Part shown: positions 11,960 through 24,065 of the stretch, piece after piece | Position numbering within the stretch: position 1 is the stretch's first letter | How the letters are laid out: each line of letters starts with the position of its first letter | Assembly: GCF_004010195.1 (NCBI RefSeq) | Contig: NW_025214165.1 | Location: 1 to 34,972 of the forward strand | Direction: 5' to 3' | From: Chiloscyllium plagiosum | Taxonomy: Eukaryota | Length of the DNA stretch: 34,972 nucleotides | Translations under genes and position numbers: made by a program | Notes under the pieces: model-generated | Told to the model about the DNA's origin: nothing | What the model saw: only the letters and a program-made list of their open reading frames with translations | The model's database searches: none

Positions 11960-13073
11960 ATTAGTGAGCAAAATTAGGGCACGTGGTATTGGGGGCAAGG
12001 TACTGACTTGGATTGAAAATTGGCTGGCTGACAGGAAGCAAAGAGTAGTGATAAATGGGTCCCTTTTGGAAAGGCAGGCGGTGACCAGTGGGGTACCACA
12101 AGATTTGGTGCTGGGACCACAGCTGTTTACAATATACATTAATGGTATAGATGAAGGCATTAAAAGTAGTATTAGCAAATTTGCTGAGGATATTAGGAGA
12201 ATACAGGGTGACTTGGACAGGTTAGGTGAGTGGACAGATGTATGGCAGTTGCAGTTTAATGTGGATAAATGTGTGGTTATCCACTTTGGTGGCAAGAACA
12301 GGAAAGCAGATTGCTATTTAAATGGAGTCAAGTTAGGTAAAGGGGCAGTACAACGAGATCTAGGTGTTCTTGGACATCAGTCAATGAAAGCAAGCATGCA
12401 GGTACAACAGGCAATGAAGAAAGCTAATAGCATGCTGGCCTTCATAACAAGAGGAATTGAGTATAGGAGCAAAGAGATCCTTCTGCAGCTGTACAGGGCC
12501 CTGGTGAGACCGCATCTGGAATATTGTGCGCAGTTTTGGTCTCCAAATTTGAGGAAGGACATTCTGGCTATTGAGGGATTGTAGCGTAGGTTCACGAGAT
12601 CAGTTCCCGGAATGGTGGGACTATCATATGTTGGAAGGTTGGAGCAACTGGACTTGCATACACTTAAGTTTAGAAGGATGAGAGGGGATCTGATTGAGAC
12701 GTATAAGATTATTAAAGGATTGGACACTCTGGAGGCAGGAAACATGTTTCCGCTGATGGGTGAGTCCAGAACCAGAGGACACAGCTTAAAAATAAGGGGT
12801 AGGCCATTTAGGACAGAGATGAGGAAAAACTGCTTCACCCAGAGAGTGGTGGGTGTATGGAATGCTCTGCCCCAGAAGGCAGTGGAGGCCAAGTCTCTGG
12901 ATACTTTCAAGAAAGATTTGGATAGAGCTCTTAAAGATAGTGGAATCAAGGGTTATGGGGATAAGGCAGGAACAGGATACTGATTGAGGATGATCAGCCA
13001 TGATCATAATGAATGGTGGTGCAGGCTCGAAGGGCAGAATGGCCTACTCCTGCACCTATTGTCTATTGTCTAT
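11960..13073 (+). mobile_element. Relatively young 5'-truncated CR1 LINE
   Basis: 228-aa and 123-aa ORFs separated by one stop: WIENWLADRKQRV, SGVPQ, LVRPHLEYC, SRTRGH; tail of CTATTGT repeats; possible AATT TSD; in-frame deletion through the FADD motif (~12187). Confidence 0.95.
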
Positions 13074-13529
13074 AATTGAGACCATCATTACGTTCCTTTC
13101 ATTTTCCTTTTTTTTGGGGGGTTGGGTTTGGGATTATGAGCTGTGGTTCAGAGTTAAACTTTGAACAGCTACTTCTTTTAAAAGAGAAGAGAACAAAGTT
13201 GTTGTTAGGAACTGGCCTGGAAGACAATGCAACCTATTACTACTCTGAAAACACTATCGATGATTTGACACCAAGTGTTACTGTGCGCAGGGCTGGCAGC
13301 TTTTTGGATGTTGATTGGTCAATTAAGAGACCAGTGCTACGAAAAAAACCAAAGAAAGTTGATTGGAAGCAGAAAATAAACGGTTCTAACTGAATATTTT
13401 GTAGAAGGCAGAGCAATTTTGGAAGCTTCCAATTGGTTGCTTTGTGTGGCTCTCTCTTCCGTTCTCTTTGGTTATTGAATTGTTGAATATTCTGAGCAAA
13501 GAATCACAATCTACATGATTATATCTCTT

Positions 13530-14622
13530 GGAATTAAGGGAGAACTTACCAGTTGGATGCAGAACTGGCTCGAAGGTAGAAGATAGATAGTAATGGTGGA
13601 GAGTTGCTTTTCAGACTGGAGGTCTGTGACCAGTGGAGTGCCTCAAGGATCGGTGCTGGATCCTCTGCTTTTAGTCATTTATATTAATGATTTGGATGTG
13701 AACATAACAGTTACAGTTAGTAAGTTTGCAGATGACACCAAAATTGAAGGTGTAGTGGACAGCGAAGAAGGTTACATCAGATTACAATGGGATCTTGATC
13801 AGTTGGACCAATGGGCTAAGGAGTGGCAGATGGAGTTTATTTTAGATAGCATTTTGGAAAAGCAAATCTTAGCATGACTTACACATTTAATGATTAGGTC
13901 TTGTGAAGTGTTACTGAACAAGGAGTCCTTATTTTGCAGGTTCATAGCTCCTTGAAATTAGAGTCGCAGGTAAATAGGATAGAGAAGAAGGCGTTTGGTA
14001 TACTTTCCTTTATTGGTCAGAGTATTGAATACAGGAGTTGGGAGGTCATGTTGCGGCCGTACAGGACATTGGCTGAGCTACTTTTGGAATATTGCGTGCG
14101 ATTCTGGTCTCCTTCCTATTGGAAAGATGTTGTAAAACTTGAAAGGATTCAGAAAAGATTTACAAGGATGTTGCCAGGGTTGTGGGATTTGAGCTACAGG
14201 GAGAGGCTGAACAGTTGGGGCTGTTTTCCCTGGAGCATCGGAGGCTAAGGGGTGACCTTATAGAGGTTTATAAAATCATGAGGAGCATGGATAGGGTAAA
14301 TAGACAAAATCTTTTCCCTGTGGTTGGGAGTCCAGAACTAGAGGGCATAGGTTGAGAGTGAGATGGGAAAGATATAAAAGGGACCTAAGAGGAAACCTTT
14401 TTGTGCAGAGGGTGGTACGGGTATGAAATGAGCTTCCAGAGGAAGTGGTGGAAGCTGGTACAATGATAGCATTGAAAAGGCAGCTGGATGGGTACATGAA
14501 TAGGAAGGGTTTAGAGGGATTTGGGCCAAGTGGACTAGATTACATTCGTATATCTAGTTGCATGGACAAGTTGGACTGAAGGGTCTTTTCCTGTGTTGTA
14601 TTTCTCTATGACCCTATGACTC
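13530..14622 (+). mobile_element. CR1 LINE ORF2 3' half
   Basis: VTSGVPQGSVL, KFADDTKI, LLEYCVRFWSP; tail of CTATGAC repeats. Confidence 0.92.
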
Positions 14623-15084
14623 TCAGTAAGTAAGTATTCCTAGAAGTCCATTACAATTATTTGAATTAACCAATGACTTTGGAATTCAATCAAGTTATAC
14701 AATCTACATGTCAGTGAACAACTCTCTGTCTAAGGATTCCATGAAGATCTGGTATTCATTGTTTAAAACTGTTTCATTGAACTGCCAAATTACAACTCTT
14801 TGATTTTCTTTTCAATTTATCCCTTAACTGAGTTTGGCTTTCGATCTGTCTGTGTGAGTGGGGTTCTGATCAAAGAAGGTTAGGCTTTACATCATAGTTA
14901 CTAATTACTGTTTTCCTAAAGGTGCATTATTAATAAAAATTGTTAATTTTTCTTGAAATTATAAACTTGATGTCCAAGATCTGCATTTTGTTAAATCTGA
15001 TTAGCAACAATTGGGCAATTTTAGGAGTCATTGAATATTTTAACTCCACAGTGTTGTGAATTCAGTGATTGTGAGGCTGATTTG

Positions 15085-15440
15085 AACATAGAATATACAA
15101 CAGCACAGCTTAGTACAGGCCCTTCAGCCCTCGATGTTGTGCCGACCTTTTATGCTACTCTAAGATCAAACTAGCCTACATACCCTACATTTTACTGTCA
15201 TCCATGTGCCTATCCAAGAGTTGCTTAAATGTTCCTAATGTCTCTGACTCTACTACCACTGCTGGCAGGGCATTGCATGCACCCATCACTCTCTGTGTAA
15301 AGAACCTACCTCTGACATCTCCTCTAAACTTTCCTCCAATCACCTTAAAGTTATACTCACTCATGATAGCTATTTCCGTTGTGGGAAAAAGACTCTGACT
15401 ATCCAGTATATCTAGGCCTCTCATCATCTTGTACACCTCT
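15085..15440 (-). mobile_element. CR1 3' end
   Basis: YKMMRGLD...GDVRGRFFTQRV...NALPAVVVE on minus ORF; AACATAGAA tail. Confidence 0.88.
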
Positions 15441-15489
15441 TGATTTGGTTTGGTTTGTTATTCCATTGTTGTAACAGAACCATTTACAA

Positions 15490-16048
15490 GATGCACTTCA
15501 AGGTTCCTTGGACAGCACCTTTCAAACCCAAAGCTTCTACCAGCCGAAAGGACAAGGGCAGCAGATACATGGGAACACCATCCCCTGCAAGTTCCCCTCC
15601 AAGACACTCACTATCCTGACTCAGAAATTTCTCATCGTTCCTTCAGTGTCACTGGGTTAAAATCCTGGAACTCATTCCTGAACAGCATTGTGGGCCAACT
15701 ACAGCACGTGGACTACAGCGGTTTGAGAAGAACCACCCCCCTCCCCCCCGCCCTTCTCAATGGCAATGGAGGGATAAAGGTTAGTCCCACTGAACCACGG
15801 GCTGCTCTCTCACTGAAGACGGATGATGGGTGGTGGTTTAACCTGAGGGTCACCACACCTCACACAAGGAGAGAGATGAAGATGGAGAGATATAGAGCGG
15901 CCTGCATTGTCACCACAGCCTGTACAGAAATTGAACCCACACTGTTGGCACCACTCTGCATCACAAACCAATTATCCAGCCAATTGGGTGGGCAATGAAC
16001 GCTGACCCAGCCAGTAACACCCATATCCCTCACATGAATAAAAATAAA
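15490..16048 (+). mobile_element. 3' end of a second LINE family (CR1/L2 group), split by a SINE at 15775-15985
   Basis: SFSVTGLKSWNSFLNSIVG resembles a LINE ORF2 C-terminus; tail GGGCAATGAACGCTG...ATGAATAAAAA. Confidence 0.7.
15775..15987 (-). mobile_element. tRNA-derived SINE
   Basis: Minus strand has B-box-like GGGTTCAATTTC and body CCTCAGGTTAAACCACCACC; second fragment at 24800-24890 (+). Confidence 0.7.
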
Positions 16049-16051
16049 TTC

Positions 16052-16236
16052 GCTAACAGCCAACATCACCAAAAATAGACAGCCGACATATTGTTTTTCT
16101 GTGGGTGCTTTCTGTGCACAAATTGGCTGCTGCGTTTTCTACAGAACAACAGTGACCAGATTTCAGAAGGTTGGCTGTAAAATGCTTTGTGAGGACCTCA
16201 ACTTGGTAAAGGCGTTACATAAATGCAATTTCTTCA
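16052..16236 (+). mobile_element. Deu-domain SINE (SacSINE1/AmnSINE-like) core and tail
   Basis: TGTGCACAAATTGGCTGCTGCGTTT...ACAACAGTGAC...TTGGCTGTAAA...AAAGGCGTTACATAAATGCAA resembles the DeuSINE core as I recall it. Confidence 0.75.
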
Positions 16237-16644
16237 ATTTCCGTCAAGTGCTTTGGTATCAGCTCATGTTGCACACTCCCTTCTGTCTGATTTGCCCATT
16301 GGAGACAATTTTTACTATGAACTCTGACCTTTTTCAATGGTTTCTGAGTAAGGGCATGTTCCAAACACAAGCTCCTTGTGCACTCATTGATGTGACAACA
16401 TTCCTTACACAGTTTGATAAAAGAAACAGACTTCAGCACCAAGGCACAGATGCTGAAATGACTTGTTGCTATTGCTTCATCTGCTTGGTTTAGCACCAAA
16501 TTTCCTGTAATTGATGTAAAATTAATTACAATCTACAGAACAGCTGTAATTAGCAATAAGTGTTCAGCTGCTTTAAATATTGCACAGTCTACTAACTCTC
16601 CACAACTCAGAGATTCCACATTATTCAGTGAAGACACAGCAATG

Positions 16645-17190
16645 TGAAGATTTTTAATCAGTAAGGAAATCAAGGGTTATGGCGGAAAAGCAGGAAAATA
16701 CAGCTGAGGATTATCAAATCAGCCACAATCTCATGAATGGTGGAGCAGGCTCAATGGGCTGAATGGCCTGCTTCTGACTAAAGAAGAACAAAGAAGAGTA
16801 CAGCCCCTTCGGCCCATCAAGACTGCTCCTATGTCTCATGGTTCTTCAGAGACAGGCAACTTTACTAACATTTTGACTCAATGAGCAAAATTTTACATTT
16901 GATCTTTATAAATGTTCTAATTTTCATTTCTTTTGAGCATTTTCAAAAGCTTTATGGCCGACTAGCATACTTTGGTTATGTTTTTTTCTCAAAAATATGA
17001 CATGCAGCATATTTAATCACAAGAACAAGAAACAAGAGGAAGCCACTCGGCCCGTCGAGCCTGCTCCACCATTCAGTAAGGTCATGGCTGATCTGCTTTC
17101 AACCTTGAGTCTACACTCTTGCAAATCTGTGGTAACCTTTCATTCCCTTGAGAATCAAGATTCTATCGACTGTACCTTAAAATTGTTTAA
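16645..17190. mobile_element. Cluster of short CR1 tail fragments (+ at 16645-16845, - at ~16780-16822 and 17020-17190)
   Basis: ATCAAGGGTTATGG...TCAGCC...ATGGGCTGAATGGCCTG and reverse-complement equivalents. Confidence 0.7.
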
Positions 17191-17539
17191 TGTTTATTTA
17201 CATTGGTTTGCGAGCTTTGATTTGTAAATTATTCTTTAAGTAATTTAAGGGGTCCTCTAATCTCATGCCCAATTAAAAAGATGTATGGATTCATTAGGGG
17301 CATCCCAAATGTTAAGCATTAACAAGGTAGTTCCCTTATCCCCATTATATGTTCTAATTTTGGTCTAAAAATTTGATGACATATTTCAAATACCTCAAAG
17401 GATTGTAGATGATAAATTGGAAGCACACTTATTTTATTCCATAGCTATTCACTATTGGTTTGAATATTTGTGACATAATATTTGTACAAAGAACAGCGCA
17501 TCACTGGAACAGGCCCATCAGCCCACCAAGACTTTTTGT

Positions 17540-17872
17540 TTACTCATTCATGGGACATGGATGCCACTGGCTAGACCAGCATTTATTGCCCATCCCAGAA
17601 GGCAGTTAAGAATCAATCACGTTGCTGTGGGTCCGGAGACCAGGTAAGGATGGCAGTATCTTTCCCTAAAAGGACATTAATGAACCAGATGGGATATTCC
17701 AACAATCGACAATGGATTGATGGTCATCATTAGATTCTTAATTCCAGATTTTAAAATTAGATTCAAATTTCCACCATCTGCCATGGTGGGACTCAAACCC
17801 AGGTCCCCAGAATATCACCTGAGTCTCTGGATTAATAGTCCACCAATAATGGCACAAAGCCATCGCCTTCCT
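17540..17872 (-). mobile_element. tRNA-derived SINE with tail shared with the LINE at 15490-16048
   Basis: Minus strand head with GGGTTTGAGTCCC B-box, body CATCTGGTTCATTAATGTCCTTTTAGGGAA, tail GGGATGGGCAATAAATGCTGG; second copy at 33370-33830. Confidence 0.8.
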
Positions 17873-17929
17873 CTAATAAAAAACTTTGAGATTTTTCTAC
17901 GTATTGACGATCTTGATGCATGGTGCCTT

Positions 17930-19830
17930 TCTAAACTAAAAACCTCTTGACTCTATGTGATCCATATCCCTCTATCCCCTGTTTATTCAGATATTTGCCA
18001 AGATGCCTCTAAAATGTTGCAATTGTATCAGCTTCTACTAACTCCTCCCAGCAGGTACTTACAAACTCTGTGTAAAAACCTTGACTTTCACATATCCTTT
18101 AAACTTTCCCCCTTTTACCTTAAACTTATGTCCCCTAATAATTGACATTTCAACCATGATTCTGACTGTACATTCTATTCAAGCCTCTCATAATTTTGTA
18201 ACTTTATCAAGTTGCCCCTCATCTTTCGACATACAAGTGAAAACAGATTAAGTTTCTCCAGTCTCTCCTAGTAGCTAATACCCTCCAAAACATCCTGGTA
18301 ATCAATTTCTGTACCTTCTCCAAAGCATCCACATTCTTTTTGCAGAATGGTGATCTTTACTGTAGACAATATTCCAAAAGTGGCTGAACTAAAGTTCTAT
18401 ACAGGTGTAACATGAATTGCCAATATTTTACTCTATGTCCCAATCAATGAAGGCAAGCATGCTGTCTTGACTACTTTATCCACTCATGTAACCACTTTCA
18501 GAGAGTCATAGAGTTGTATAATACGGAAACAAACCCTTTGGTTCAACTCATCCATGCTGACCAGATATCCCAACCTAATCTAGTCCCATTTGCCAGCACT
18601 TGGCCCATATCCGTCTAAACCCTTCCTCTTCATATACCCATCCAGATGTCTTTTAAATGCTGCAATTGTACCGGACTCCACCATTTCCTCTGGCAGCTCA
18701 TTCCATACACAAAACACCATCTGCATAAAAAATGTTGTCCCTTGGGTGACATTTATATCTTTCCCCTCTCACCCTAAACCTATGCCCTCTAGTTCTGGAC
18801 TCGCCCACCCCAGGGAAAAGACCTTATCTATTTACTCTATCTATGCCCCTCATGATTTTACAAACCTCCGTGAGGTCTTTCCTCAGCTTCCAACACTCCA
18901 GGGAAAACAGCCCCAGCCTATTCAGCCTCTCCCTATCGTTCAAATCCTCCAACCCAGACAACACTCTTGCAAATCTTTCAAGTTTCACAATACCCTTCCT
19001 TTAGGACAGAAACCAGAATTGCACGCAATATTCCAAAAGTGGTCTAACCAATTTCCTGTACAGCCATAACATGACCTCCCAACTCCTATATTCAATGCAC
19101 TGATCAATAAAGGCAAGCATAACAAATGCCTCCTTCACTACCTTATCTACCTGCAACTCCACTTTCAAGGAACTGTGAACCTCCATTCTAAGGTCTCTTT
19201 GTTCAGCAACACTCCCCAGGACCTGACCATTAAGTATATAAGTCCTGTCCTGATTTGCCTTTCCAAAATGCAGCACCTCACATTTATCTAAATTAAACTC
19301 CATTTGCCACTCCTCAGCCCATTGGCCCATCTCATCAAGATCCCATTATACTCTGAGGTCACCTTCTTCGCTGAAGACTCCACCTCCAATTTTGGAGTCT
19401 TCTGCAAACTTACTAACATATATCTCCTGTGTTCAGATCCAAATCATTTGCATAGATAACAAAAATCAGTCAGGCAACTACAGATCTGTATGCCTAGATC
19501 TCTCTGTACTGTTGATGCTACTAATGGTTCTGCCACTTGCTGTATACTTGCATTAGACTTTCCAAACTGCATCACCTCACATTTGGCTGGATTAAACTCC
19601 ATCTGCATTTTTCTCTGCTCAAATCTCCAGCCTATCTGTATCCTGCTGTATCTTCTAGCAATTCTCCTCACTGTTTGCAGCTCCCTCAATCTTTGTGTCA
19701 TCTGCAAACTTGCAAATCAGGCCACCTCCATTCTCCTCCAAACTATTTATATACATTCCAAACAGCAAGGGTCCCAGCACTGACTCCTCCAGAACACCAC
19801 TGGGCACAGATCTCTAGTCAGAAAAACAGC
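17930..19830 (-). mobile_element. Older CR1 (17930-18500, 19465-19830) with younger CR1 nested at 18501-19450
   Basis: WQMEFNLDKCEVLHFG, LVRPLLEYCVQFW, QMEFNPAKCEV, KFADD motifs; AGAGTCATAGAG tail at ~18502. Confidence 0.88.
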
Positions 19831-19832
19831 TT

Positions 19833-21512
19833 TAGAGTCATAGAGTCATAGAGATGTTCAGCATGGAAACAGACCCTTCGGTCCAACCTGTCCATGCTGA
19901 CCAGATATCCCAACCCCATCTAGTCCCACCTGCCAGCATCCGGCCCATATCCCTATAAACCCTTCCAATTCATATACCCATCCAAATGCCTCTTAAATGT
20001 TGCAATTGTACCAGCCTCCACCACACCCTCTGGCAGCTCATTCCATACACATACCACCCTCTCTGTGAAAAAGTTGCCCCTTAGGTCTCTTTAATATTTT
20101 TCCCCTCTTACCCTAAACCGATGCCCTCTAGTTCTGGACTCCCCGACCCCAGGGAAAGGAGTTTGCCTATTTATCCTATCCATGCCCCTCATAATTCTGT
20201 AAACCTCTATAAGGTCACCCATCAGCCTCCGATGCTCCAGGGAAAACAGCCCCAGCCTGTTCAGCCTCTCCCTGTAGCTCAAATCCTCCAACCCTGGCAA
20301 CATCCTTGTAAATCTTTTCTGAACCCTTTCAAGTTTCGCAACATCCTTCCAATAGGAAGGAGACCAGAATTGCATGCAATATTCCAACAGTGGCCTAACC
20401 AATGTCCTGTACAGCCGCAAAATGACCTCCCGACGCCTGTACTCAATACTCTGACCAATAAAGGAAAGCATACCAAACACCTCCTTAACTATCCTATCTA
20501 CGTGCGACTCCACTTTCAAGGAGCTATGAACCTGCACTCCAAGGTCTATTTGTTCAATAACACTCCCCAAGATCTTACCATTAAGTGTATAAGTCCTGCT
20601 AAGATTTTCTTTCCCAAAATGCAGCACCTCGCATTATTTATCTGAATTAAACTCCATCTGCCACTTCTCAGCCCATTGGCTCACCTGGTCCAGATCCTGA
20701 TGTAATCTGAGGTAACCCTCTTCACTGTCCACTACACCACCAATTTTGGTGTCATCTGCAAACTTACTAACTGTACCTCTTATGCTCGCATCCAAATAAT
20801 TTATGTAAATGACAAAAAGTAGAGGACCCAGCACTGATCCTTGTGGCACTCCACTGGTCACAGGCCTCCAGTCTGAAAAACAACTCTCCACCACCACTCT
20901 CTGTTGTCTACCTTTACCGCTTGTCTTTACCTCCAGTCTTCTAGCACCTCATCTGTGACTATCGATGATACAAATATCTCAGCAAGAGGCCCAGCAATCA
21001 CTTCTCTAGCTTCCCACAGAGTTTTGTGGTACACCTGATCAGGTCCTGGGGATTTATCCACCTTTACCCGTTTCAAGACATCCAGCACTTCCTCCTCTGT
21101 AATCTGGACATTTTGCAAGATCTATTTCCCTACAGTCTATATCTTACATATCCTTTTCCACAGTAAATACTGTTGCACAATACTTATTTAGTATCTCTCC
21201 CATTTTCTGTGACTCCACACAAAGGCCGCCTTGCTGATCTTTGAGGGGCCCTATTCTCTCCCTAGTTACCCTTTTGTCCTTAAATATTTGTAAAACCCCT
21301 TTGGATCCTCCTTAATTCTATTTGCCAAAGCTATCTCATGTCCCCGTTTTGCCCTCCTGATTTCCCTCTTAAGTATACTCCTGCTTTCTTTATACTCTTT
21401 TAAGGATTCACTCGATCTATCCTGTCTATACCTGACATATGCTTCCTTCTTTTTCTTAACCAAACCCTCAATTTCTTTAGTGATCCAGCATTCCCTATAG
21501 CTACCAGCCTAT
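19833..21512 (-). mobile_element. Young CR1 LINE ORF2 with an internal deletion at ~20912-20931
   Basis: Collinear ORFs KREIRRAKRGHE, VDKSPGPDQ, VTSGVPQGSVLGP, KFADDTKIGG, LVRPLLEYC; AGAGTCAT repeat tail. Confidence 0.95.
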
Positions 21513-21515
21513 CCA

Positions 21516-21733
21516 GGTGGTGGGCAAGTTGTTGGGCGGTAAAGACAAGCCAGGGAACTATAGACCAGTGGGCCTGACCTTGGTGGTGGGCAAGTTGTTG
21601 GGCGGTAAAGAGAAGCCAGGGAACTATAGACCAGTGGGCCTGACCTCGGTGGTGGGCAAGTTGTTGGGCGGTAAAGAAAAGCCAGGGAACTATAGACCAG
21701 TGGGCCTGATCTCGGTGGTGGGCAAGTTGTTGG
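21516..21733 (+). repeat. 66-bp tandem repeat, 3.3 copies, derived from CR1 RT (KPGNYRPVGLTSVVGKLL)
   Basis: GGTGGTGGGCAAGTTGTTGG recurs at 21516, 21582, 21648 and 21714. Confidence 0.95.
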
Positions 21734-21771
21734 AGGGAATCCTGAGGGACATGATGTACATGGCTCAAAGG

Positions 21772-22118
21772 ACCTCACTCACTACATCCTTACATGTGGT
21801 TGAGGAAGGACACCACTTCAACTGGGACAACACATCCATCCTAGGACAAGCCAAACAGAGACACTCACAAGAATTCCTCGAAGCATGGCATTCCAACTGG
21901 AACTCTATTAACAAACACATCGAGTTAGACCCCGTCTACCACTCCCTGAGAAAAAGAACAGGAAATGACATGACCAACCAAAGAAACCTAAACATATAAA
22001 TAGAAAGCAGGAATCATTAGCAGTGCTTTGCCCAGAGGCCCACTGAAGATGTTACCTAGTAGGGTGACGAAATGTCTGGAAATGAACCTTCCAGCTCAGC
22101 GAGCAAACCTACATCCAG
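21772..22118 (+). mobile_element. Penelope-like element 3' end (GIY-YIG C-terminus plus terminal repeat)
   Basis: GHHFNWDNTSILGQAKQRHSQEFLEAWHS...INKHIELDPVY is typical of PLE GIY-YIG tails; hammerhead motif follows. Confidence 0.85.
22040..22079 (+). ncRNA. Minimal type I hammerhead ribozyme motif, near intact
   Basis: CCA-CTGAAGA-T-GTTACCT-AGTA-GGGTGAC-GAAAT-GTC-TGG: core boxes, 7-bp helix II with G-U pairs, 3-bp helix I; GAAAC has become GAAAT. Confidence 0.65.
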
Positions 22119-22119
22119 A

Positions 22120-24065
22120 TCCTTATCCTTCATTTCCACTGGGACATGCTAGTCCTGAACTCTAAACAAGTGGCCTTTGAAAGATACTCACATGTCAGAT
22201 GTGGATTTACCCTCAACCAGCTGCTCCCAATCTACCCTCCCCAGTTCTTGCCTAATATTGAGGTAGTTAGACTCCCCCTAATTTAATACTTTCACCTGAG
22301 GACTACACTTGCTGGTATCGATAAGTAACATAAAGCTTACAGAATTATGATCACTGTTCCTGAAATGCTCCCCCACTAAAACTTCGATCACCTGGCCAGA
22401 CTCATTCCCCAATACCAGATCTAGTATGGCTCCTTCCCTGGTTAAACTATTTGTACATTATTTTAAAAAAACCCAGTCACACCTGGGCGGCACGGTGGCA
22501 CAGTGGTTAGCACTGCTGCCTCTCAGCGCCAGAGACCCGGGTTCAATTCTCGCCTCAGGCGACTGACTGTGTGGAGTTTGCACATTCTCCCCGTGTCTGT
22601 GTGGGTTTCCTCCGGGTGCTCCGGTTTCCTCCCACAGTCCAAAGATGTGCAGATCAGGTGAATTGGCCATGCTAAATTGCCCGTAGTGTTAGGTAAGGGG
22701 TAAATGTAGGGGTATGGGTGGGTTGCGCTTCGACAGGGCGGTGTGGACTTGTTGGGCCGAAGGGCCTGTTTCCACACTGTAAGTAATCTAATCTAATCTA
22801 ATCACCTCACAAATTTCCTTCCACCCAAGCCCCTGGCACTATGTGAGTCCCAGTCAATATCAGGGAATGTAAAATCACCCACCACAACAACCCTGTTATT
22901 TTCACATTTTTCCATAATCTGTTCACAGATATATTCCTGTCTCCCACTGGCTGTTGGGAGGCCTGCAGTACAATCCCATCAAAGTGACTGCACTCTTGCT
23001 GTCCCTGACCTCTACCTATAAGGCCTTGCAGGGTGAGCCCTCCAATGTGGCCTCCCTCAGTACAGCTGTGATATTCTCCCTCATCAGAAACACGACTCCC
23101 CCCACCTCTGTTACATCCCTCTCTAGCTCACCTGAAACTCTAAATCCCAGAACGTTAAGCTGCCTGTCTTGTCTCTCTCTCAACCATGACTCTGCAATAG
23201 TTACAGCATCATAGTTATCTGTATTAATGCAGGCTCTAAGTTAATCAGCTTTACCCTGTCATATTCCTCACATTGAAACAAATGCACCTCAGACCACCAG
23301 TCCTGCCGTGTTCAGTAACCTCTCCCTGTCTGCTCTTCCTCTCAGCTTCACTGGCCTTAGTCTCTGACTCCTCCTTGGTCATTTGTCTTGACTGGCTTCT
23401 GCTCTGGTGTCCCCAAAACCCCAATCTCCAGTCCTGCCATCACCCCCCATTCCTTGCCACATTCAGTTAAACCCTCTTGAGTGACACTAGCAGGGTACTG
23501 GTCCAGTTTTGGTACAATCTGTTCCTCTTGTAGAGGTCCCACCTTCCCTGGAAGACATCCTAATGATGCACATACCTGAAGCCTTCCCTCCCACATCAGC
23601 TCTTTAGCCACATATTTAACTGCACAATCTTCCTAATCCCAGCCTCCCTGGCACATGGCACAGTAAGTAATCCTGAGGTTATATCCATAGAGGTACTGCT
23701 TTTTAACTTCCTACTGAGCTCCTTGAACTTCCATTGCAGAACCTCATCTCTCTTTCAGCTGATATTGTTTGTACTAATGTGGACCACAAGCTTTGGCTGC
23801 TCTGACATCAGAATACCATTTTCCCACTCAGAGACATCCTTGACCCTGGTAACCAGGGAGGCAACACACCATCCTGGAGTGTCCTGGAGAAACTCCTATC
23901 TGTATCCCTAACTATAAAGTTACTTATCACAACTGTTTGCCTACACTTTGACTCTCTGTGCCATACAACAGTGTCGGTTCCGATGCCACTGATATGGCTG
24001 TTTCTGTTGCTTTCCCTTGAGAAGCCATTCACCGGATGGGTATCCAAAACGATAACCTCTATGAG
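22120..24065 (-). mobile_element. CR1 5' portion: ORF1 esterase-like domain and ORF2 APE endonuclease, decayed
   Basis: Minus strand: TVVISNFIVRDTDRSF (decayed GDSIVRG), NRVVVVGDFTFP (~22865-22898), SDHNS (~22345). Confidence 0.85.
22485..22802 (+). mobile_element. Full-length young HE1 V-SINE
   Basis: GGGCGGCACGGTGGCACAGTGG head, B-box GGTTCAATTC, V-domain, CR1-derived tail, AATCT repeats, CACCT on both flanks (22480-22484, 22803-22807). Confidence 0.95.

Noticed and set aside
11906..11960. Short inverted repeat TTGTACAGACT...AGTGTGTACAA beside a CR1 5' junction
   Set aside because: Only 10/11 bp, single occurrence; compatible with chance.
11898..12983. Active reverse transcriptase gene
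   Set aside because: 5'-truncated, in-frame deletion through the catalytic FADD motif, internal stop at 12582-12584.
15450..15998. 182-aa ORF as a host gene
   Set aside because: Runs through a LINE 3' end and an antisense SINE; non-ATG start.
22485..22560. tRNA genes at SINE heads (also ~518-580)
   Set aside because: A and B boxes continue directly into the V-domain and LINE tail; these are SINE heads.
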